Positions 1 through 7,134 of a stretch of 28,119 nt of DNA are shown piece after piece. A model generated the notes under the pieces. The model made no database searches. It saw only the letters and a program-made list of their open reading frames with translations, and was not told where the DNA came from. Position numbers and translations under genes: made by a program. The stretch comes from a bacterium (lineage in GTDB: Bacteria > Hydrothermota > 32-111), in NCBI GenBank assembly GCA_046484245.1, contig JAWOBN010000076.1, positions 1-28,119 of the forward strand. Direction: 5' to 3'. Position 1 is the stretch's first letter; every line of letters begins with the position of its first letter.

Positions 1-205
1 CGTACAAGTACAGGCTTTTTGCCTAATGTACTGTTCAGATTTAAGGAGAAAGGAAGCGGGATTAACATTGCGAACGGTCTTTGAGACCCAAGACAAATTT
101 AATCTTTTTCGCTTCCTTCCCATACTTATTGTAGATTTACAATCCAACAATAGCATCCAATATATTTAACTCAATAGGAATTATATGACACACGAAGACA
201 AAAAT

Positions 206-420
206 GAAGGTAAAGGATTAAAGGTAAAAGGTAAAAGAATGACCGGAGTCTGCCTTCAGCCATCGGCTGCCAGCCACCGGCTTTATGAATAGGCGGTCAA
301 GAAAGAACGTACAACGGCACTTTCGTGTGACACGCGTGATACGTGTGACTCGTGTGATTCGAATAAGACAAAGAAAGGGAAAAGGATGTATGCAGGAGAG
401 TGGATAGTAACACTCCCTAC
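206..420. repeat. Modular intergenic repeat island 1
   Basis: (GGTAAAA)n run at 206-237 ending in GAATGACCGG (also 4443-4483); TGCCTTCAGCCA...TGAATAG block at 251-299 (also 4942-4989); ACAACG.CACTTTCGTGT plus (CGTGTGAYW)n at 306-361 (also 2165-2211); GTAGGGAGTG..CACTCT hairpin on the - strand at 393-420. Confidence 0.9.
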
Positions 421-432
421 ACATATTTAATA

Positions 433-461
433 TTGATTTTTTGTGTAAGTCAATATATAAT
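433..461 (+). promoter_or_regulatory. sigma70-type promoter for the GNAT-PE pair
   Basis: TTGATT (433-438), 17-bp spacer, TATAAT (456-461); AAGGGG RBS before ATG 483. Confidence 0.6.
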
Positions 462-482
462 TGAATATAAAAAAGGGGAAAT

Positions 483-1466
483 ATGTACAGATTTGTTGAT
501 GTTATTCCAAAGAAAGAGATCAATGATTCACTGAGGGAATTGTTTGAGGTGAGAAGGCGTATTGCTGAGAAAAATGATGAGCCATTTATCTTTCACTCAC
601 CAGAGGAACTTGCCAGGGAATACTATAATGAGCACAATTCTCCTGAAAGAGGACTGCGCGGCATTATATATAAAGATGATGATATTGCAGGTTACTATCA
701 TTTTGTCACTGCTTCCCCCAATATGACCAGAGAGAAGGAGATGCTTCAGGTGAGCCTCCTTGAAGAAGAGTGGGACAATGAGCTGATTGACGCACTGAAG
801 GAGAAATCAGCACTCTACACACTGGATTCGGACGGTATATATATTATTGCGCCGGACAGTGTCTCAGAGGGGATTGCCAAGGCAATGTCCGGAAAGATGT
901 ACACTGAGAACATACATTTCTTTCTTGCCAATGATGCTTTCAATAAGGAATATGCTGAAGAAGTACTCAAGAGAGTGCCTGATGAGAATCCGGATATAAG
1001 CATGAAGTTCTTTGAAATGGTCTCTGAGGAATTTGTCAGGGAGTATGCAGAGCTTTTCACGAATCTTATTTGCGGCAATGATGAGGACAGTGAGTCAGAG
1101 TATATATCCGAAGAGGAGATAATGCTGTACAATGAGCAGGCTGTGAATATGGGAGGAACTATATACATCTATCTGCTCTTTAATCCCAAGGATGACATTA
1201 TCGGCATGACCAATGTATTTGTCCCTGCAAGAAAATCACCTGCAAAACTCTATCAGTTCATGACAGGCATAAGGAAGGATTACAGGGGCAGAAAACTCGC
1301 TCATTGGCTCAAAGTAAAGATGATAGAGAAACTGAAAGAGGATTTCCCCGATTTTGTTTATATTGTTACAGAGAATCATCCCAATAATAAGGCAATAATC
1401 AAGATCAATGAGAAGATGGGATTCAAGAGAAAGTTTTCCTCAAAGATATACAGGGTGGATTTATGA
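483..1466 (+). CDS. GNAT family N-acetyltransferase (probably tandem GNAT with a degenerate N-terminal domain)
   Basis: C-terminal motif A TGIRKDYRGRKLA and TENHPNNKAIIKINEKMGF; 327 aa. Confidence 0.85.
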   Translation: MYRFVDVIPKKEINDSLRELFEVRRRIAEKNDEPFIFHSPEELAREYYNEHNSPERGLRGIIYKDDDIAGYYHFVTASPNMTREKEMLQVSLLEEEWDNELIDALKEKSALYTLDSDGIYIIAPDSVSEGIAKAMSGKMYTENIHFFLANDAFNKEYAEEVLKRVPDENPDISMKFFEMVSEEFVREYAELFTNLICGNDEDSESEYISEEEIMLYNEQAVNMGGTIYIYLLFNPKDDIIGMTNVFVPARKSPAKLYQFMTGIRKDYRGRKLAHWLKVKMIEKLKEDFPDFVYIVTENHPNNKAIIKINEKMGFKRKFSSKIYRVDL

Positions 1467-1936
1467 GCAATGACGATTTGAAGGAATATAAAGACAAACG
1501 CGATTTTGAGAAAACCGGTGAGCCTGACAGCAATGAGAATAATAGTGAGAAGATATTTGTAATACAGAAACATGATGCAAGCAATCTTCACTATGATTTC
1601 CGTTTTGCATACAATGGCGTGCTCAAATCCTGGGCTGTGCCCAAGGGGGTTCCCAAGAAAGGAGGGGTGAAGCACCTTGCTATTCAGACAGAGGATCATC
1701 CTCTTGACTATGCTGATTTTGAGGGTGAGATACCCGAAGACCAGTATGGCGGAGGCACTGTTGAGATATATGACAGGGGTACATATGAGAATATACGCTC
1801 TAAGAGCATAAGGGATTCATTTGATGACGGAAAGATAGGACTGCAGCTCAATGGTGATGAGATAGAGGGGAAATACTATCTGATACATACGGATGATGAG
1901 AACTGGCTAATTTTGAAGAAGAAGAAGAAAGAATAG
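1463..1936 (+). CDS. Stand-alone DNA 3'-phosphoesterase (LigD PE / LigD_N domain)
   Basis: FVIQKHDASNLHYDFR, LKSWAVPKG and TEDHPLDYADFEGEIP..QYGGG are the LigD PE signatures; ATGA overlap with the GNAT gene. Confidence 0.92.
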   Translation: MSNDDLKEYKDKRDFEKTGEPDSNENNSEKIFVIQKHDASNLHYDFRFAYNGVLKSWAVPKGVPKKGGVKHLAIQTEDHPLDYADFEGEIPEDQYGGGTVEIYDRGTYENIRSKSIRDSFDDGKIGLQLNGDEIEGKYYLIHTDDENWLILKKKKKE

Positions 1937-1941
1937 GAAAA

Positions 1942-2560
1942 GAAGGTAAAAGGTAAAAGGTAAAAGAAGGATAAAATAGCGGGAAGAAGTAAGAGACACG
2001 AGACACGGGACGCGAGTCTTACGGCCGGAGCCGGGTTAATACAGTTTCAAGATCCAAGTTACAAGTTCCAGGTTACAAGGAAGACCGTGTGATTCGCGCG
2101 TTTGGTGCGATTCGTGCGAATTCGTAAATGTGAAGAGTATGCCGAGAGAGATTGGATAACGGAAAACGGACAACGACACTTTCGTGTTATACGTGTGATA
2201 CGTGTGACACGGGAAGAAGGTAAAAGAAAGACCGGCCGGAGCCGGGTCAATAGTTGATAGTTGATGGTTGAAAGTCAGATTCAAGATTCAAGATACAAGT
2301 TCCAAGGAAGACCGTGCGATTAGCGCGCTTCGTGCGAATTCGTGCGGTTCGTAAAGATGTGAATAGCCGGCCACAGAGATTGCTTCGCAGATGATTGGCA
2401 GGCAAGAAAAACTCGCAAAGACACATCAGGGGCTGGGAGTTGCATTACTACTCGTTCTACACGTTCTATACGCTCTTTACGTTCTATACGTTCTCAGTAA
2501 TGCATGACGATAAATCGTAGGGGTTCAACAATTTGAACCCTAATCCAAGATTCAAGGCAA
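1942..2560. repeat. Modular intergenic repeat island 2
   Basis: Successive modules: (GGTAAAA)n, (AGACACG)n, CGGCCGGAGCCGGGT, (TWCAAGW)n, CGTGCGAATTCG-type, (AMAACGG)n, (CGTGTGAYA)n, (AGTTGAT)n, GAGATTGCTTCG..CTCGCAAAGAC, (CGTTCTATA)n, GTAG palindrome. Confidence 0.92.
2502..2540 (+). repeat. GTAG-family REP-like palindrome, copy 1
   Basis: GTAG-GGGTTCAA-caat-TTGAACCC; near-identical copy at 4864-4901 including the GCATGACGATA leader. Confidence 0.7.
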
Positions 2561-2567
2561 GTTGTTA

Positions 2568-3335
2568 TCAGAAGAATGTGTCATATAATATCTTTGCAAA
2601 AAGCAGGACAAGAACACCGATAAAGATTGGTCTGATGACATTCTTTCCCCTCTTCAGGACCATACCGGAACCCAGCGCATTCCCGCCAATACCTGCCAGT
2701 GCAGCCGGTATGCCCAGGGCGAAAATAACCTTGCCGTGCATGAGAAATGTTATAAGGGCTGCAATATTAGAAGCCAGATTGACGACCTTTGTATTGGCAT
2801 TTGCAGTGACAAAATCATACTTCATAAGTGCAGTGTATATCAGTATGAGAAAAGCGCCTGTACCGGGTCCGAAGAATCCGTCATAGAATCCCACAAAGAA
2901 AGGCAGTATGGAAGCAATAAGATATTTCTTCACCCCGCCCAGTTCAAAAGAGACATTGACCTGACCGAGATCTTTTCTGACAAATGTGAATACAGTGAGA
3001 ACCGGTATCAGGACAATCAGGATATATCTGAGGAATGAGGGGTCTAAGAGAAGCACTGTCCTTGTTCCGGTGAATGAACCTGCAAGAGCGAAAATTGCTG
3101 ATATGACCGCAACCTTGCCGTCTATCAGTTTATTCCTGTGATATGTCAGTGTTGTGAAGAGTGTGCCGAACATTGAGGAGAATTTATTATTCCCCAGTGC
3201 AAAATGGGGTGGAAGACCTGCTGCAAGATATGCGGGTACTGATATCAGTCCGCCACCGCCTGCAATTGCATCAACAAAACCTGCAAAAAAGACAAGGGGC
3301 AGTACAATGGCAAATGTTTCCCAGGTTAATATCAA
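2568..3335 (-). CDS. TSUP / sulfite exporter TauE/SafE family membrane protein
   Basis: AGFVDAIAGGGGLI and GFYDGFFGPGTG motifs; multiple transmembrane segments. Confidence 0.93.
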   Translation of the reverse strand: MILTWETFAIVLPLVFFAGFVDAIAGGGGLISVPAYLAAGLPPHFALGNNKFSSMFGTLFTTLTYHRNKLIDGKVAVISAIFALAGSFTGTRTVLLLDPSFLRYILIVLIPVLTVFTFVRKDLGQVNVSFELGGVKKYLIASILPFFVGFYDGFFGPGTGAFLILIYTALMKYDFVTANANTKVVNLASNIAALITFLMHGKVIFALGIPAALAGIGGNALGSGMVLKRGKNVIRPIFIGVLVLLFAKILYDTFF

Positions 3336-4273
3336 TCATTGTCTCCTTTGTATATACTGCCGTCAGGCAGCATCATATCCGAGTGATACTCTCCCCTCTT
3401 TTCCATATGAAACCTTATGCAGTCATTATTATTGATAAGGCAGTAATTCTCTGTCCAGTAGGGCGATATTTCACCTCTCTGAGTTCTTCTGCCTACAGGG
3501 CATGTGTCATTCCATCTGCAGTGCTCTTTATTGCTCAGAGCATTGAGGAAATTCATATTATCCCTGCTGTCTCCCCTGCTGTAATACACCTTTATACCTC
3601 TCTGTCTCAAAATAAATTCTTCCCTGCCCGGCTCAGGAATAAACAGCACATTGCAGTAATCGGGCATTACATCTGTCTTGCGGTCAGTGGCTTCTGTTTT
3701 TATAATAAACTCATCAGCATCCTCAATACTGCTGAGGGCACTGTTCTTCACCGGAAACACAGCAGTATAATGAGTGTTTACTGCTTCAATTACAATGAAG
3801 CTATCTGTTTCATAGGATTCTGTTATTTCAAGCCCGCTGTTTTTTACTATATTTTCAGCCTCTGCAAGTGAATAATGCTTTTCCCTCTTTTTGAATATTG
3901 TATGCAGTCTGTCTTTAATGGAGCCGCCGCCTGCTTTCCAGTCAACTATGTACAGTTTGCCATTATAGGCAAGCATTGATACAATATTGCGCATTGCATC
4001 ATCAGGGTCATTGAGGTGATGAAAACTGCGGAGCACAAATATCATGTCATAGAGTTTGTTTGTATTGAATTGCTCTGCAGTGGCCTTATGTGTCTTGAAT
4101 CCGTTTACACTCACACCATTGGGGTCTATGCCTGTCACATTCATGCCCGGCAAAGTGAGTCTCTTCATGAAATCCCCCCTGCCGTATCCTACTGCCAGTA
4201 TGCTGCTGTAATGATTATGATCATTGACAATCATCTGCATCAGAATCCTGTCACCATTATTGTATCTTTCCAT
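3332..4273 (-). CDS. Class I SAM-dependent methyltransferase fused to a C-terminal Cys/His-rich small domain
   Basis: LAVGYGRG, VTGIDP, YDMIF..RSFHHL.D and L..NGKLYIVDW give the MTase fold; the C-terminus reads CxWxxxCP..YC..CxR..HxDxMLPDG. Confidence 0.75.
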   Translation of the reverse strand: MERYNNGDRILMQMIVNDHNHYSSILAVGYGRGDFMKRLTLPGMNVTGIDPNGVSVNGFKTHKATAEQFNTNKLYDMIFVLRSFHHLNDPDDAMRNIVSMLAYNGKLYIVDWKAGGGSIKDRLHTIFKKREKHYSLAEAENIVKNSGLEITESYETDSFIVIEAVNTHYTAVFPVKNSALSSIEDADEFIIKTEATDRKTDVMPDYCNVLFIPEPGREEFILRQRGIKVYYSRGDSRDNMNFLNALSNKEHCRWNDTCPVGRRTQRGEISPYWTENYCLINNNDCIRFHMEKRGEYHSDMMLPDGSIYKGDND

Positions 4274-4291
4274 AAAAATCCTTTTTTTGAC

Positions 4292-4319
4292 ATTATATAA
4301 TATAGATTGCCAAAGGCAA
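4292..4319 (-). promoter_or_regulatory. Putative sigma70 promoter for MTase-TauE
   Basis: On the - strand: TTGCCT, 16-bp spacer, TATAAT; AAGGA RBS before ATG 4273. Confidence 0.5.
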
Positions 4320-4321
4320 GA

Positions 4322-5035
4322 AGAAAACCGGCCTTTGGCCGGGTCAATAGTTTATGGTTAATAGTGGATAGTCTATGTGGTGAGCAGGCCAAGCAACGTG
4401 CGATTCGCGCGGTTCGTGCGAATTCGTGTGGTTCGGAAAGAAGAAGGTAAAAGGATAAAGGTAAAAGGTAAAAGAATGACCGGCTGGAGCCGGGTCAAGA
4501 GTTGATAGTGGATGGTCAATAGTCTGTGAATAGACGCCACGGAAGATAGTTGCTGGTGACTGGTGGCTTGTATACGAGGTTGAGAGTTGATGGTTGATGG
4601 TCTATAGTCAATGTGAATAGCAGGACAAGAAAGAGCCTACAACGGAAAACGTACAACGCACAACGGCGGAAAGAGAATGAATAGTGGGTAAGGAGATTGG
4701 TTCAATATAGAGCGTATAGAGCGATTAGAACGAGTAGAACGCATAGGAAAGGAAAAGGAAAAGAAATGGGAGCTGCAACCGGAATGAGGAGATTTAATTT
4801 GTGTATTTGAGGAAAGGGGCGGTATTACTAACCCACTCTAACGGAAGCCGTATCACGCAAAACGCATGACGATATTCGTAGGGGTTCAACAATTTGAACC
4901 CAAGTTTCAAGTTCCAAGAAATCGCAGCAAAGCTGCTTTTATGCCTTCAGCCACCAGCTGCCGGCTACCGCTTTGTGAATAGCCGGCCACGCTCTATCGC
5001 TCTTTATAACGCATCACGCATCGCGTATTACGGGT
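4322..5035. repeat. Modular intergenic repeat island 3
   Basis: Same module set as islands 1 and 2 in a different order; for example 4397-4435 matches 2313-2351 at 36/39 nt. Confidence 0.92.
4864..4901 (+). repeat. GTAG-family REP-like palindrome, copy 2
   Basis: TCGTAGGGGTTCAACAATTTGAACCC is identical to 2515-2540. Confidence 0.7.
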
Positions 5036-5043
5036 CTTATTCA

Positions 5044-5071
5044 TTGACAGTAATTGTACATATTATATAAT
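5044..5071 (+). promoter_or_regulatory. Consensus sigma70 promoter of the long + strand operon
   Basis: TTGACA (5044-5049), 16-bp spacer, TATAAT (5066-5071); GGAGGT RBS before ATG 5096. Confidence 0.8.
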
Positions 5072-5095
5072 GAAGAAAAACAGTGGAGGTATATT

Positions 5096-5758
5096 ATGAA
5101 AAAATTAATGATTGTTTTAATTGCCGGCTTTTTATTTTTATCACTTTACTCCCAGTCAGGGGGCGGTCTTGGCGGGCCTATGTTCGGGTACTACATGAAT
5201 GAAATGGATGATATTAATGCTACAATAAGCAGCATAACAGGCAAGAGCCTGGCTGATACGGATTTCCAGATGGGCGGAGGCGGTTATGCTATTATGGATG
5301 GTCTGATAATAGGCGGATACGGATACGGCGGTGAGCAGGTGCTTGCCACTGACAGCCTCAGCCTAAATTATTCTATTGGCGGCGGTGCATTTGAGTTCGG
5401 CAGATTATGGGATATCAAAATCATGCATATCGGTATAATAGGCAAACTCGGCTCCTCCGAGGAGGTTATACGCCTTGAACCGAAACCGCTAATAAATATT
5501 TCACTGGATTCACTCCTCACAAACCCGGGCAGGACATCTGTGATGAAGAGGGGCGGATTTGAAACAGGATTGTCCCTGATGGGCATTTTCCCCATAAAGA
5601 ACTGGATAAGCATTGCTCTTAAGGGCGGAGTTTCATACGGTTTTTCAAGAGACTGGAAACTGGAAGACGGCGGGGACATACTCAACAGCCCGGAAGACAG
5701 ACCCTTGAGATATGACCTCTCCATCGGCGTGATGTTCGGTATGCTTGCCGGTGAATGA
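5096..5758 (+). CDS. Exported protein, probable outer-membrane beta-barrel
   Basis: Start reassigned to ATG 5096 (GGAGGT RBS; MKKLMIVLIAGFLFLSLYS signal peptide); Gly/aromatic-rich alternating strands (GGGLGGP, GGGGY, IGGYGYG). Confidence 0.65.
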   Translation: MKKLMIVLIAGFLFLSLYSQSGGGLGGPMFGYYMNEMDDINATISSITGKSLADTDFQMGGGGYAIMDGLIIGGYGYGGEQVLATDSLSLNYSIGGGAFEFGRLWDIKIMHIGIIGKLGSSEEVIRLEPKPLINISLDSLLTNPGRTSVMKRGGFETGLSLMGIFPIKNWISIALKGGVSYGFSRDWKLEDGGDILNSPEDRPLRYDLSIGVMFGMLAGE

Positions 5759-7134
5759 CTGAAATGCGGATCCTGTTATTCCTGCTGATACCTCTAATCA
5801 TCACAGCTTCCGCGGACTCTTACTGCGGTGATTCTGCAGGCAATCTGATACAGAGCGGGGAGAATGTATATATATACAATACCGGTGCTGAGAGTTATTC
5901 CATTGACACAGAGAGATCCCTCTTTGAATTCATGTCATTGAAGAATCTCGGCAACAAGATATATATAGGCAAACTGAAGGACAATGCAAGGGCAGGACAA
6001 TCTGTTACTCTATATTATTCGCATTCCGGCATCACTGACACATTATCCTTTACAATCACACCCTCATTTCTTTATTTTGATATTGAAAACCGCAATCTGT
6101 CTGCCGGGGATTCACTCAGAGGCAGTATTGTCTTTGCAGAGGGTAATGAAACAACTGCCCGGGGCATTGACTCAGTCAATATGATAATAACACATACGGG
6201 AAATGATTCTTCATATGCATTAAATATCTTCTCCATTGATTCACTGTATGAATATGATTATTCCTCGGGCTTTATCAGGGTTGATTTACCTGCTCCTTCC
6301 GGCAGCGGACTGTTCAATACGGACATTGCCTATTTCAGCAATAACAGGAGTGACACAATTGTCAATACAGGGGGATTCAATAAGGACAAGACCCTTTACA
6401 GCAGAAGGATGTTTGTCCTGGACTGCAATAATATACAGAAGACAGAACAGTTAGAGGAGTATATTTCAGGTTATCCCGGCATACCCGTAAGCACATATTT
6501 CTTTGATATTGAATCTGACTCCATTATCCGTCACAGCCCGGATTTCCTTGCTGTTATTATGGATAAACCGTTTTCAATGGGTTCAGTGTATGCACTGAGG
6601 GAAGGACTCGGCTCAACAGTATTTATCTTTTCTGAAAACAGCCTGCTGCCGTCACTTGCAGAGGGTGACAGCCTGGGATTCACATCCGTTCTTTCTGAAC
6701 CTGATTCTGTATCGCCATTCTTTGACAGTTCCGGTGAATACTCTTTCATGAGTCCGGAGGACTCCTTCAAGACGGACTTTGTCCATGCAGGCAGGTTCCA
6801 CTGGTACTCATTCATACCCGGTAAAATTGACTATGATGAGCTCCTCTACATAGACAGGGCTGTGTCTGATATCAGTTTGAAATCAATACTGGGCAGTTTT
6901 ATTAATATTGAAATTTTCAGTAATAGGGAATATAATCAATATGTCCTTGAAATCTACGGACCGGATGGCGGGTTCATAAGAGAACTGAGTCTCGGCAGTC
7001 TGAAAGAAGGCAGGAATGTCCTTAATATTAATTCAATACTTGAAGATGCACTTGATAGAAGAGGTGCCTTTATCTATGTTTTAAAAAGAGGTGATGAATG
7101 CATAGCAGAAGATATTGTTTATTTATTGTACTGA
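5755..7134 (+). CDS. Hypothetical exported protein with an FlgD/T9SS-CTD-like C-terminus
   Basis: N-terminal signal peptide; beta-rich; C-terminal LEIYGPDGGFIREL...G.N...GAFIYVL. Confidence 0.6.
   Translation: MTEMRILLFLLIPLIITASADSYCGDSAGNLIQSGENVYIYNTGAESYSIDTERSLFEFMSLKNLGNKIYIGKLKDNARAGQSVTLYYSHSGITDTLSFTITPSFLYFDIENRNLSAGDSLRGSIVFAEGNETTARGIDSVNMIITHTGNDSSYALNIFSIDSLYEYDYSSGFIRVDLPAPSGSGLFNTDIAYFSNNRSDTIVNTGGFNKDKTLYSRRMFVLDCNNIQKTEQLEEYISGYPGIPVSTYFFDIESDSIIRHSPDFLAVIMDKPFSMGSVYALREGLGSTVFIFSENSLLPSLAEGDSLGFTSVLSEPDSVSPFFDSSGEYSFMSPEDSFKTDFVHAGRFHWYSFIPGKIDYDELLYIDRAVSDISLKSILGSFINIEIFSNREYNQYVLEIYGPDGGFIRELSLGSLKEGRNVLNINSILEDALDRRGAFIYVLKRGDECIAEDIVYLLY

Noticed and set aside
1..156. 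Possible truncated CDS at the window edge
   Set aside because: Several frames on both strands are briefly open, none has a recognisable motif, and it cannot be assigned without flanking sequence.
218..523. ORF 218-523 (-) and ORFs 2036-2284 and 2059-2250 (-)
   Set aside because: They are translations of the repeat modules (RITRVTRITR comes from the 9-mer), with no RBS or protein-like features.
3161..3871. 236-aa + strand ORF and the other antisense or nested ORFs in the track (e.g. 20480-21028, 21059-21493)
   Set aside because: They are shadows of well-supported genes on the opposite strand or in another frame.
206..5035. CRISPR array interpretation of the repeat islands
   Set aside because: There is no constant 23-47 bp repeat at regular spacing, the intervening sequences are themselves repeated, and no cas genes are present.
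1..5050. Classical integron with attC cassettes
   Set aside because: There is no integrase in the window and no clear RYYYAAC...GTTRRRY-bounded palindromes after the genes; both gene pairs have their own promoters.
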